NCBI GenBank assembly: GCA_042216675.1
Contig: JBDGTS010000003.1
Span: 45,227-109,226, forward strand
Source: Halobacteriaceae archaeon
GTDB taxonomy: Archaea > Halobacteriota > Halobacteria > Halobacteriales > Halobacteriaceae
DNA length: 64,000 bases
Reading direction: 5' to 3'
The notes beneath the pieces were generated by a model that was not told the origin of the DNA, searched no databases, and saw nothing but the letters and a program-made list of their open reading frames with translations. A program made the position numbers and the translations under genes. Positions 10,009-19,923 of the stretch are shown in pieces (position 1 is the first letter of the stretch; every line of letters starts with the position of its first letter).

Positions 10009-10796
10009 CGCCGCGCCTCGCTGACGAACGTCGAGAACACGTCGGCGGGGTCGCCCTCGACGAAGCACTCCGCGGTGACGTAGCCGTCGTAGCCCGTCTC
10101 CGCGATGGCGTCGTAGATGCGGTCGTAGGCCAGTTCGCCCGTCCCGGGCGGGCCGCGACCCGGGTTGTCGGCGACGTGGACGTGGCCGATTGCGTCGACG
10201 TGTCGCCGGAAGCGCCGAATCACGTCGCCCTCGGTTATCTGCTGGTGGTACACGTCGAAGAGCAGTTTCACGTTCGGGCTGTCGACGGCCGCCACGAGTT
10301 CCGCGCCACGGTCCGTCGTCGTCAGGAAGTAGCCCGGGTGGTCGACGCGCGTGTTCAGCGGTTCGACGACGACGGTCACGCCCGCGTCCTCGGCGGCGGG
10401 CGCGGCGGCCCGGAGCGCGTCGACGAGGGCGTTCTGCTGGGTCGAGCGGTCGAGGGTGGGGTCGCGTTGGCCGACGGTGGTCACCACCTGTCGTCCGCCG
10501 AACGACGCCGCGGCCTCGATGGAGCGTTCGAGGTCCCGAACCGCCTGTTCGTGGCTCTCCGGGTCGACGAGGCTCGGCGCGTCCGGGTCCGAGATGTTCG
10601 ACCCGGCGCCGGCCGCGAGGGTGCCGAACGCCTCGACGCCGTGTTCGGCCGCCGAGTCGGCGACGGCGTCGAGGTCAGCGTCTTCCCAGTTCCAGAACTC
10701 GAAGCCGTCCGCGCCCGTCGCGGCGACGTGTTCGGCCGCTTCAGCCGGCGTGCAGTCGAACGCGCCCGACGGTGCCGTGAGGCCTACGTCGTACAC
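10005..10796 (-). CDS. hydroxypyruvate isomerase (Hyi)-like TIM barrel
   Basis: [37 protein letters not shown]. Confidence 0.88.
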   Translation of the reverse strand: MYDVGLTAPSGAFDCTPAEAAEHVAATGADGFEFWNWEDADLDAVADSAAEHGVEAFGTLAAGAGSNISDPDAPSLVDPESHEQAVRDLERSIEAAASFGGRQVVTTVGQRDPTLDRSTQQNALVDALRAAAPAAEDAGVTVVVEPLNTRVDHPGYFLTTTDRGAELVAAVDSPNVKLLFDVYHQQITEGDVIRRFRRHVDAIGHVHVADNPGRGPPGTGELAYDRIYDAIAETGYDGYVTAECFVEGDPADVFSTFVSEARR

Positions 10797-10897
10797 TACC
10801 GCTCCCCTCCGTCTCGGTGCATGGCGGTTGCTCCGACGGACGGCGCTTGAAACTTCCCCTCCGCCAACGCTTTACCGCCGCCACCTGCACGGCCCCT

Positions 10898-11611
10898 ATG
10901 GCACGCGTCACCGTGTGGAACGAGTACCGACACGAGCGAGAGGACGAAGAGGTGGCCGAGGCCTACCCCGACGGCATCCACGCCGCCATCGCGGAGGGCC
11001 TCGCCGACCGGGGCCACGAGACGCGGACGGCGACGCTGGACGAACCGGACCACGGCCTCACCGAGGCCGTCCTCGACGAGACGGACGTGCTGACGTGGTG
11101 GGGCCACCGCGCCCACGGCGAGGTGAACGACCGCATCGTGGACCGGGTGCAGGAGCGCGTCCTCGACGGGATGGGCCTCGTCGTCCTCCACTCCGGGCAC
11201 TACTCGAAGCCGTTCCGACGCCTGATGGGCACCTCCTGTGACCTGAAGTGGCGCGAGGCCGACGAAACCGAGCGCCTGTGGGTCACGGCGCCCGGCCACC
11301 CCGTCGCCGACGGCCTCGGCGACTACCTCGAACTCCCCGAGACGGAGATGTACGGCGAGCACTTCGACGTGCCAGAACCCGAGACGACGGTGTTCACCTC
11401 GTGGTTCGAGGGCGGCGAGGTGTTCCGCTCGGGATGCGCCTACACCCGCGGCGAGGGCCGCGTCTTCTACTTCCGTCCGGGCCACGAGACGTATCCCCTC
11501 TACTACCGCGAGGACGTCCGGAACGTTCTGGACAACGCCGTGTCGTGGGCCGGCGCGAGCGGCGACGCCGACGTGACGTACGGCAACCACGACCCCATCG
11601 AGGACTGCTGA
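10898..11611 (+). CDS. ThuA (trehalose utilization) family protein
   Basis: [40 protein letters not shown]. Confidence 0.92.
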   Translation: MARVTVWNEYRHEREDEEVAEAYPDGIHAAIAEGLADRGHETRTATLDEPDHGLTEAVLDETDVLTWWGHRAHGEVNDRIVDRVQERVLDGMGLVVLHSGHYSKPFRRLMGTSCDLKWREADETERLWVTAPGHPVADGLGDYLELPETEMYGEHFDVPEPETTVFTSWFEGGEVFRSGCAYTRGEGRVFYFRPGHETYPLYYREDVRNVLDNAVSWAGASGDADVTYGNHDPIEDC

Positions 11612-11650
11612 CGCCGGAACCCTTTTGCGGCCGCCCTTGGATTCCCGGGC

Positions 11651-12718
11651 ATGACGTACTCCGTCGCCGTCATCGGAACGGGCGAGGACCCGGAGAACAG
11701 TAGCCGCGAGGGGTTCGCGATGGCGTATCGGCACGCGGACGCCTACGAGGAACTAGACGACTGCGAACTAGTCGCTTGCGCCGACATCGTGCCCGAGAAC
11801 GCGGCGGCGTTCGCAGACGCGTACGGCGTCCCCGACGACCACGTGTTCGAGGACTACGAGGCGATGCTCGACGCCGTCGACGTGGACGTGGTGTCCGTCT
11901 GCGTGCCGCCAGCCGTCCACGCCGACATCGTCGTCGGGTGCGCGAAGGGCGGCGTCGACGCCATCCACTGCGAGAAGCCGATGGCGCACACGTGGGGCGG
12001 CGCACAGCGGATGGCGCAGGTCTGCTGGCGGCGCGACGTGCAACTCACGTTCAACCACCAGCGCCGCTTCGGGACGCCGTTCCGGCAAGCCAAGGCACTC
12101 CTCGACGACGGCGACATCGGGGACTTGGAGCGCGTGGAGTTCGAGGCGTCGAACATCTACGACTACGGCAGTCACTCCTTCGACCTCGCGAACTACTTCA
12201 ACGACGAGGGCGCCGTGGCGTGGGTCATCGCCGGCCTCGACTACCGGGAGGAGAACGTCTTCTTCGGCGCGCACAACGAGAATCAAGCCCTCGTCCAGTG
12301 GGAGTACGACAACGGCGTCTCCGGCCTCGCCGCGACCGGTCGCCGCACGTCCCTCGTCGGCGCGCATCACCGCCTCGTCGGCACCGACGGCGAAATCGAG
12401 GTCGGTGGCGGCGGCGAGACGGCCCTCCGCATCCGACGGGCCGGCGACGCCGAGTGGGAGGAACTCGACTGCGACGGCGAGGACGTCCACGGCCCGGGCT
12501 TCATCCAGCGAGCCGTCGCCGACGTGGTGGACGCCGTCGGCACCGACCGCGAACCCGAACTGTCCGCGCGCCACGCGCTCACCGCGACGGAGACGATCTT
12601 CGCCGCGTGGGAGTCCGCGCGCCGGCGGGGCCGCGTGGACCTGCCGCTGGAAGTCGAGGGCAACGCCTTGGAGGAGATGGTCGAGTCCGGCGCGCTCACG
12701 CCCGAACCGCGGGAGTAG
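11651..12718 (+). CDS. Gfo/Idh/MocA family oxidoreductase
   Basis: CEKPMA, FNHQRRF, DYGSHSFD. Confidence 0.9.
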   Translation: MTYSVAVIGTGEDPENSSREGFAMAYRHADAYEELDDCELVACADIVPENAAAFADAYGVPDDHVFEDYEAMLDAVDVDVVSVCVPPAVHADIVVGCAKGGVDAIHCEKPMAHTWGGAQRMAQVCWRRDVQLTFNHQRRFGTPFRQAKALLDDGDIGDLERVEFEASNIYDYGSHSFDLANYFNDEGAVAWVIAGLDYREENVFFGAHNENQALVQWEYDNGVSGLAATGRRTSLVGAHHRLVGTDGEIEVGGGGETALRIRRAGDAEWEELDCDGEDVHGPGFIQRAVADVVDAVGTDREPELSARHALTATETIFAAWESARRRGRVDLPLEVEGNALEEMVESGALTPEPRE

Positions 12719-13027
12719 TCACTCCTCGTCTTCGTCCGCTTCGAGGTGCTCCTCGGCGAAGTCGGAGAGCCACTCCCACCCGTGTTCGTCGCCGATGCGT
12801 TCGATGAACTCGCCCAGCGATTCGTCCGGGAGGACCTCCCACTGGGCCTGCTTGGGGTTGCCGAGTTTCTCTGCCTCGTGGTCGACGTTGGCGACGTAGA
12901 TGTCGCTGGTGGACTTATCGACCATCACCATCTGCTGTTCGTGGCCGGTTACGCCGAGGTGCTCTTGGTCGCGGTGTTCGGGATCCGAGACGGGCCACTC
13001 GTCGTACGGCGGCTTACTACCGGGCAT
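12719..13027 (-). CDS. hypothetical protein
   Basis: Acidic 102-aa ORF from ATG 13027, TTTTAG box upstream. Confidence 0.7.
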   Translation of the reverse strand: MPGSKPPYDEWPVSDPEHRDQEHLGVTGHEQQMVMVDKSTSDIYVANVDHEAEKLGNPKQAQWEVLPDESLGEFIERIGDEHGWEWLSDFAEEHLEADEDEE

Positions 13028-13074
13028 GTGATAGAATAAGGCGCCGCGTGGCCTAAAAGCCGCCGGCCAAATTC

Positions 13075-13821
13075 TCAGAGGTCGACCTCGCTCCCGAACC
13101 ACGTGTCCGCGAGGCGGATGAACACCGACGCGAACCCGGTGTCCGCGCTCCAGATGGCCGTCTCGTCGCCCTCGCTCTGGTCTACGCTGACCAGCATCGC
13201 GTCGTCGTCGGCGACGAGGAGGCGCCCCGCCGCGCCGCTCCGGTCCTCGAACGAATCCGGAAGCCGGTGGACCGTCACGCCCGTCCCCGCGAAGCGGTCG
13301 GCCACGTCGTCGGCGCTGACCGCGACGACGGCGACGCCCTCCTCCGATGCGTCCGCGAGGGCTTCGGTGACCGACTCGCTGATGTGGTCGGCGTCGCCGC
13401 TGTACACGAGTCGACGCTCGGCCTCGTCGATGAGCGCCGTCGTTCGCGCGACGACGGCTTCCCGCCCTTCGACGGTCCAGACGGCCTCCTGTTCGCCGTC
13501 GGACTCGGCCTCGTGGCGCACGTCCGCCAGCGAATCGAAGGCGCGGTCCGCCTCCCGGTCGAACCGGTCGCGGAGTCGGTCGCGGGCCTCCTCCAGCGAC
13601 ACGGGCCGGTATCTGATGGGCGAGGCCTGCTGGATTTCGACCAGTCCGCGCTCCTCCAGTCGCTCGGCCGCGCCGTACACCTGTGACCGGGGCACGTCCG
13701 TCTCGTCGGCGACTTCACGCGCCGTCCCGGTGCCCAACCGCTGAAGGGCGACGAACACCGATGCCTCGTACTTCGAGAGACCGAGACGCTGGAGGGCGGT
13801 CACGGCGTCGGATTCGCTCAT
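13075..13821 (-). CDS. TrmB family transcriptional regulator
   Basis: LGLSKYEA, VPRSQVY, LEERGLV HTH; start overlaps the transporter stop (ATGA). Confidence 0.9.
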   Translation of the reverse strand: MSESDAVTALQRLGLSKYEASVFVALQRLGTGTAREVADETDVPRSQVYGAAERLEERGLVEIQQASPIRYRPVSLEEARDRLRDRFDREADRAFDSLADVRHEAESDGEQEAVWTVEGREAVVARTTALIDEAERRLVYSGDADHISESVTEALADASEEGVAVVAVSADDVADRFAGTGVTVHRLPDSFEDRSGAAGRLLVADDDAMLVSVDQSEGDETAIWSADTGFASVFIRLADTWFGSEVDL

Positions 13822-16394
13822 TCGTTCGGTCCCCACTCCATCTCCTCGACGAACTCGTCTTGCTCGTCGTCTCCACCGAAGGCGTCGTCCGGCCCCATGT
13901 AGCGCGTCCAGTACATCAGGAGCGTCGGCAACACGAGGACGCTCGCGAGGAACGCGTAGACGATAGTGAGCCCCGTGATGATGCCGAACTGGCGAAGCGG
14001 CGGCAGGATGGCGAACGCGAGGACGCCGAAGCCACCGACCGTCGTCGCCGCCGACCCCAGCAGCGCCCCGCCGGTGCCGGTGACGGTGGTCCGCATCGCC
14101 GTCCACGCGTCGTCCTCTCGCTCGATTTCGTGGGCGTAGCGCTCGCTGATGTGGATGCTGTAGGCCACCCCCAGCCCGACGGTGAGACTCGTGATCATCC
14201 CCGTCAGGACGTTGAACGGGATGCCGAACAGCGCCATCGTCCCGAGAATCCACGCGACGCTGAACGCCACCGGGAGGAGCGTGATGAAGCCCAGCGTCGC
14301 GGACCCGTCGGTGATGCGGTAGGTCACCATCAGGAACGCGAACACCGCGACGAGCGTGATGAGCAGGCTCTGGACGACGGTCGAGAGCAGCGAGTCGCTC
14401 ACCATCTTGAACACGATGGGCTGACCCGTGGCCGTCACGGTGACGTCCGGGCCCTCGAGGTCGGCGGCGAGCGACCGCGTGACCGACGTGACCCGGTCGC
14501 TGCTGGCGGTGCCCTGCACCGAGACGACCATCCGCGCGGCTCGGTACTCCCCGCCCTCACGGTAGAGGACGCCCCGTGCCTGCTGTGGGGCGACGCTGTA
14601 CAGTTCGTCGTACAGCGCCCTCACGTTCCGGTCGGGCACCCTATCGCCGTTCGTGTCGGCGGCGGCGAGCGACCGCGCGAACGACTGGTTCTCGGCCGCG
14701 ACGCGCTGCATCGCCGTGAGCGGACTCCGCACGTCGGCTCGTCCGCTGGAGAGGACCACCACCACGTCGCTCAGACTCTCGCCGGCGGCGCGTTCGTGGA
14801 CTGCTGCCATCCGCTGAAGGACGGCGGGGTCCGCGACACCGCCGCCGCCGGCGCTCTCGACCAGTATCTGGGTCTGCCCCTGTGCGCCCTCCACGCGGAA
14901 GTTCTGGTAGACGTAGTTCAGCGAGTCCTTCGCGTGGTACTCGCCGGGCGCGAACGGTTCGGGGAGGCTCTCCATCCAGTCCGGCGGGTCGTCGGCGAGG
15001 AAGTCCTCCTGTGAGAAACTGGTGTCGACTTGCGTCGCACCGTACGCGCCGGCGCTCGTCAACACGAGCGTCAACAGGAGGACGATGACTGGGGCGCGTC
15101 GCGCGGCGGTTTCGCCGACGCCGAGCGCCTGACCGATGGCGCCGCCGCCGGTGCCGAAGGCCCGCATCTGCCGGTCGTAGCCCCGCGCTTCGAGGAAGCC
15201 GTCGAGACGCACCTTCATCGCCGGGACGAGTGCCCCGAAGATGACGAACGCCGCGACGATGCCGAACGCCGCGACGATGCCGAACTGGCGTATCGGGGGC
15301 ACGTCGGAGATGAGATTCGAGAGGAAGCCGATGACGGTCGTCGCCGTCACGAAGAACAGCGCCACCCCCACGCTGGCGAGGGCGACGTTCATGCTCTGGT
15401 GCACGCCCTCGGTCCGTGCGCGCTCCTCCCGGTGGCGCATGAAGACGTGGATGGCGTAGTCGATCGAGAGCCCGATCAACAACACTGGGATGGCGACGAA
15501 CAGTTGGTTGAACGCGTAGCCGGCCCAGCCCATGAAACCGAAGGTCCAGACCAACACCGCGCCGATGCCGAACAGGCCCAACAGGATGTCGAGCAGGTCC
15601 CGGTAGGCCACGACGAGGACGACGAGGACGAAGATGAGCGCCAGCGGTCCCACGATGAGGATGCTGTCGGCCATCGAACGGTTAATCTCGTCCGCGATGA
15701 TGCCGCTCCCGAACACCGCGCTCTCGGTGCCGAGCGTGTCGTGGACGATGGTCTGCATCGTGTTCTGGCTCTCGATGAGACGGTCGCTGGCCGATCCGCT
15801 CGCCGTCTGCTCGCTCATCGTCGTCTGTGTGACGATGATCATCGTCGCGTTCGCCGACGTCTCACCGGGCGTGTAACTGGTCGGCATCAACCCGAAGGCG
15901 GTGCTACTCCCGTTCGCACCGAGAAGTCCCTGTACCGTGGCGTCGATCCGGGACTGATTCATCGCCTGCACCGCCGCTATCTGCTGTTCGACCGTCGGCG
16001 ATTGTACCCCCCGCTGACGGAGAGCGGCCCGCGCGACGAGGTTCGCGACGCCAGTGGGCGGCGCCCCCGTCGTCAGCGTCGGTCCCACCGTCTCGTTCGT
16101 CTGGAAGCGCCGTATCGTCCGGAGTTGAGCGACTAGGCTCTCCTTGTCGAGAACGTTCTCACCCCTGACGATTATCTGGACCGTCGTTGTGTTCTCCGGT
16201 CCGGTCTGGAAGTGCTGCTCGATGTAGTCGAGTTTCTGTGCCTCCGTCGTCTCGGTCTGGAACTGGTCGAGCGAGGACGACTGCTCGACCTGTCCCATGC
16301 CGACGCCGAACACCACCGACAGCAACAGCACCACAGCGATGACGGCCGCGCTGTGTTCCGTCACGGTGCGCGCGATGCGGTCGACGATGCTCAC
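13818..16394 (-). CDS. MMPL/RND family transporter
   Basis: Two repeats of extracellular domain plus TM bundle; GLSIDYAIH and GLGVAYSIH motifs. Confidence 0.9.
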   Translation of the reverse strand: MSIVDRIARTVTEHSAAVIAVVLLLSVVFGVGMGQVEQSSSLDQFQTETTEAQKLDYIEQHFQTGPENTTTVQIIVRGENVLDKESLVAQLRTIRRFQTNETVGPTLTTGAPPTGVANLVARAALRQRGVQSPTVEQQIAAVQAMNQSRIDATVQGLLGANGSSTAFGLMPTSYTPGETSANATMIIVTQTTMSEQTASGSASDRLIESQNTMQTIVHDTLGTESAVFGSGIIADEINRSMADSILIVGPLALIFVLVVLVVAYRDLLDILLGLFGIGAVLVWTFGFMGWAGYAFNQLFVAIPVLLIGLSIDYAIHVFMRHREERARTEGVHQSMNVALASVGVALFFVTATTVIGFLSNLISDVPPIRQFGIVAAFGIVAAFVIFGALVPAMKVRLDGFLEARGYDRQMRAFGTGGGAIGQALGVGETAARRAPVIVLLLTLVLTSAGAYGATQVDTSFSQEDFLADDPPDWMESLPEPFAPGEYHAKDSLNYVYQNFRVEGAQGQTQILVESAGGGGVADPAVLQRMAAVHERAAGESLSDVVVVLSSGRADVRSPLTAMQRVAAENQSFARSLAAADTNGDRVPDRNVRALYDELYSVAPQQARGVLYREGGEYRAARMVVSVQGTASSDRVTSVTRSLAADLEGPDVTVTATGQPIVFKMVSDSLLSTVVQSLLITLVAVFAFLMVTYRITDGSATLGFITLLPVAFSVAWILGTMALFGIPFNVLTGMITSLTVGLGVAYSIHISERYAHEIEREDDAWTAMRTTVTGTGGALLGSAATTVGGFGVLAFAILPPLRQFGIITGLTIVYAFLASVLVLPTLLMYWTRYMGPDDAFGGDDEQDEFVEEMEWGPNE

Positions 16395-16479
16395 GCCTCT
16401 GCCCTCCGTCCGACAGCGCCAGTCATCTGTTGTTGTGCGCCTACTCACAGCCCCCAGTTAAGCGCACCGGTCGCGGAAC

Positions 16480-17571
16480 TTACAGTCCGTCGTCCCGCGC
16501 CGCCGCCAGTAACTCCTGTACGGCGACGGCCTCGTTCGCCTCGCCGCTCTCGATGGCCGCTTCGACGAGCGCCATCGACTGGAGGTTGTCCCGGACGTTC
16601 GTCGGCATCTCGGGGCCGCCGTCGAGCCACTCCACGAACTGTTCGACGAGCCAGACGTTGCCCCACTTCTCCTGCTCGTCGAGGGGAATCAGGTCGCCGT
16701 CCGCGAACTCGGTGTGGTCGCCGACGCCTTCCCCGTCCTCGTCGTAGGGGAACGCCCGAATCTCGCCGCCCGAGAGAATCAGCGTCGCGTCGCGGCACTC
16801 GGCGCGGACGTACTCCTCTTCCCAGCCGTTGAGGCCGACGGCGTTCGTCTTCGCGCCCTCGTAGGTGGCTTCGACGCCGTTCGCCATCGTCATCGTCACG
16901 AGCGCGTTCGCGCCGGCGCCGTAGTCGCCCCAGTCGGGCGTCCAGTGCTGGCTGTAGAGTCGCTCGCACGGCGCGTCGGCCACGTCGGCGAGGATGTCGA
17001 GGTGGTGGACCCCGCCCTCCACGAGGAGCGCGTGGTCCATCTCGTGTCTGAACGACGCGCCCCACGACCCGTAGGAGCGGGCGTTGCAGGTGAACCGGCA
17101 GACGAGGTAGTCGAGGGGGCCGTAGTCGCCGGCCCGCACGAGGCGACGGAGCGTCGTCACGTCTCGTCGGAAGCGGTGTGTCATCGTGACGCCCATCTTC
17201 AGGCCTGCCTCGCGCACCGTCTCGGCGATGCGCACCGAGGCGGCCAGCGTGTCGGCGATTGGCTTCTCCGAGAGGACGTGGAGGCCGTTCTCGACGGCCG
17301 CGTCCACGACGGCCTCGTGGAACTCCGGCGGGATGACGACGGTGGCGAAGTCCGCGTCAGTCTCCGCGAACGCCGTCTCGTAGTCGGTGTACAGTTGGTC
17401 GTCGTCGAGGCCCAGTCCCTCGCGGGCGTTCTCGTGAGCGGCCTCGTCCACGTCCACGGCGGCGACGGGTTCGACGAGGCCGTCGTCGACGTTCGGCGGA
17501 AGCATGTCACGACACCACCGGGCGCCCTGCCCGCCGGTGCCGACCTGCACGAACCGGTACGGGTTCGACAT
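16480..17571 (-). CDS. Gfo/Idh/MocA family oxidoreductase
   Basis: VGTGGQG, SEKPIA, THRF, EGGVHHLD. Confidence 0.9.
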   Translation of the reverse strand: MSNPYRFVQVGTGGQGARWCRDMLPPNVDDGLVEPVAAVDVDEAAHENAREGLGLDDDQLYTDYETAFAETDADFATVVIPPEFHEAVVDAAVENGLHVLSEKPIADTLAASVRIAETVREAGLKMGVTMTHRFRRDVTTLRRLVRAGDYGPLDYLVCRFTCNARSYGSWGASFRHEMDHALLVEGGVHHLDILADVADAPCERLYSQHWTPDWGDYGAGANALVTMTMANGVEATYEGAKTNAVGLNGWEEEYVRAECRDATLILSGGEIRAFPYDEDGEGVGDHTEFADGDLIPLDEQEKWGNVWLVEQFVEWLDGGPEMPTNVRDNLQSMALVEAAIESGEANEAVAVQELLAAARDDGL

Positions 17572-17646
17572 GGCCGCGGCGACGCGCCGCCGTGGGAAAC
17601 CGCTTACGACACCGGGTTATAAGGGCCGGCGGCCGAAGCCCCGGGC

Positions 17647-18321
17647 ATGGCAGACCTCCGCGCCCTCGTCATCGGCGAGACGACGTTCGGCTTCCACGAC
17701 TTCGACGACGCCCGCCCCCACCTCCGGGCCGCGCTCGAACGGGCGAACGTCGACCCGACGCTCACGACGGACCGCGACGAACTCCGAGACCTCGCGGGCT
17801 ACGACGTGGTGGTGGACTACCTGACGGACAGCGACCTCACGGACGCCCAACGCGACGGCCTCCTCACCTTCGTCGGCGACGGCGGCGGCTACGCTGGGGT
17901 CCACTGCGCCTCGGACCTCACCAGCGTCGCCGGCCCCGACGGCGAACTCGAACACGTCGAGTCGCCGTTCCCCGGCCTGCGGGCGATGCTCGGCGGCCAC
18001 TTCCTCGGCCACCCCGAACAGCAGGATATCGACGTCGACGTCACGGACACCGGCCACCCCATCACCGCCGGCGTGCCCGACTTCACCGTCTACGACGAAC
18101 CCTACGACCTCGACGTCGACGACGACGTGACCGTCCTCGCGCGGATGGACCATCCCGAGTCCGGCGACGTGCCCGTCGCGTGGGCCAAGCGCTACGGCCG
18201 GGGCCGCGTCACCTACTGCTCGCTGGGCCACACCGAGGACGCCCTGACAGACGACGTCGTGGCCGCTCTCGTCGGCCGGGGCGCACGGTGGGCCGCCGGC
18301 GCCCTCGCGGACCCCCGGTGA
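17647..18321 (+). CDS. ThuA-like domain protein
   Basis: GGGYAGVHCASD, GGHFLGHP, DEPY, GRVTYCSLGH. Confidence 0.85.
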   Translation: MADLRALVIGETTFGFHDFDDARPHLRAALERANVDPTLTTDRDELRDLAGYDVVVDYLTDSDLTDAQRDGLLTFVGDGGGYAGVHCASDLTSVAGPDGELEHVESPFPGLRAMLGGHFLGHPEQQDIDVDVTDTGHPITAGVPDFTVYDEPYDLDVDDDVTVLARMDHPESGDVPVAWAKRYGRGRVTYCSLGHTEDALTDDVVAALVGRGARWAAGALADPR

Positions 18322-18355
18322 AAACCGTTTTGTCGGTGGCTCCCGACGCGCGACC

Positions 18356-18613
18356 ATGACAGACATCGCGGACACGTGGTACTGGGACCACCGCACCGAC
18401 ACCGCGCTCTACCCCTGCAACACGGACGGCGACACCGTGGAGTTCGTCACCGTGCGCCACCGCGACGCCGTCGCGGACGCCATCGAGGCGGGGGCGCTCG
18501 AACCCCTCGGCGAGGGCACCCCGGACGGCGACCTCGCGGGCACCCTCGACTTCATCGACTCGTTCCGCCTGCTCGACGACGACGCGCTCAGCCGATACGT
18601 GGAGGGCGAGTGA
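18356..18613 (+). CDS. hypothetical protein
   Basis: 85-aa acidic ORF; stop overlaps the sulfatase start (TGATG). Confidence 0.7.
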   Translation: MTDIADTWYWDHRTDTALYPCNTDGDTVEFVTVRHRDAVADAIEAGALEPLGEGTPDGDLAGTLDFIDSFRLLDDDALSRYVEGE

Positions 18614-19923
18614 TGAGCGACCGACCGAACGTCCTCGTCGTCCTCACCGACCAGCAGCGCTGGGACACCGTGGGTGCCTACGGCAACCCGATGGACCTCA
18701 CGCCGAACCTCGACGCGGCGGCGGAACGCGGCACCCGCGTCGAGCAGGCAATCACGCCCCAACCGGTGTGCGGGCCGGCCCGCGCCTGTCTCCAGACGGG
18801 CCGTCACGGCACCGAACACGGCGTGTTCACGAACGGGCGCGTTCCCGACTTCGAGACCGAGGCGCTCCTCGCGGAGCAGTTCGCGGACGCCGGCTACGAC
18901 ACGGGCTACGTCGGCAAGTGGCACCTCGCGAACGCGCGTCTCGACCCAGTGTCCGCCGACAAGCGCGCCGGCTACGACTTCTGGCGCGCCGCGGGCGCCC
19001 TCGAGTGGACCTCTCACCCCTACGAGGGCACCCTCTACGACGAGGACGACGACCCCGTGGAGTTCGACGGCTACCGCGTCGACGCCGTCACCGACCACGC
19101 CGAGGAGTTCATCCGGCAGGACCGCGACGACCCGTTTTTCTGCATTCTCTCCATCCTCGAACCGCACCACCAGAACGACATGGACACGTACGTCGCGCCG
19201 GACGGCTACGCCCATCGCTACCGCGACCCGTGGGTGCCCGAGGACCTGCAGGGCCGACCCGGCGACTGGTACGAGGAACTGCCGGACTACTACGGCATCT
19301 GCCGGCGCATCGACGAGTGCTACGGACGCCTCCAGCGCGTCTTGGAGGAGGAGGGCATCGCCGACGACACCATCGTCGTGTTCACGTCCGACCACGGCTC
19401 GCACTTCAAGACCCGCAACCCCGAGTACAAGCGGAGTTGCCACGAGGCGTCGGTGCGGGTCCCCCTCGTCCTCGACGGGCCGGGCTTCGAGGGCGGCAAC
19501 GTCGTCGAGGACCCGGTGAGCCTCCTCGACCTGCCGCCGACGCTTCTGGACGCCGCGGACATCGACCCGCCGGCGTCGATGACGGGTGACCCGCTCGGTC
19601 CGGTCGTCGCGGGCGACTCGGAGGGCCGGGACGCGGTGTTCGTCCAGATCAGCGAACACGAGGTCGGGCGCGCGATTCGCACCGACCGCTGGAAGTACGC
19701 CGTCTTCGACCCGGAGGCAGACCACGGGGACGACCCGGCGGGCGAGACGTACGTCGAGCGATACCTCTACGACCTCGATTCCGACCCTCACGAGCAAGTG
19801 AACCTCGTCGGGCGCCGCGACTACGCGGACGTGGCGGCTCGGCTCCGAACGCGGTTGCTCGACCGCATCGAGGCCGTCGAAGGTGAGCGGCCGACCGTCG
19901 AGGCCGCCGACTACTACGCCTGA
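18613..19923 (+). CDS. Cys-type (formylglycine) sulfatase
   Basis: PNVLVVLTDQQR, CGPARACLQTG (CxPxR), GKWHL, SDHG. Confidence 0.92.
   Translation: MSDRPNVLVVLTDQQRWDTVGAYGNPMDLTPNLDAAAERGTRVEQAITPQPVCGPARACLQTGRHGTEHGVFTNGRVPDFETEALLAEQFADAGYDTGYVGKWHLANARLDPVSADKRAGYDFWRAAGALEWTSHPYEGTLYDEDDDPVEFDGYRVDAVTDHAEEFIRQDRDDPFFCILSILEPHHQNDMDTYVAPDGYAHRYRDPWVPEDLQGRPGDWYEELPDYYGICRRIDECYGRLQRVLEEEGIADDTIVVFTSDHGSHFKTRNPEYKRSCHEASVRVPLVLDGPGFEGGNVVEDPVSLLDLPPTLLDAADIDPPASMTGDPLGPVVAGDSEGRDAVFVQISEHEVGRAIRTDRWKYAVFDPEADHGDDPAGETYVERYLYDLDSDPHEQVNLVGRRDYADVAARLRTRLLDRIEAVEGERPTVEAADYYA

Noticed and set aside
15245-15285. Perfect 18-bp tandem repeat in the MMPL gene (FGIVAA x2)
   Set aside because: In-frame, within a naturally repetitive TM helix; no sign of phase variation.
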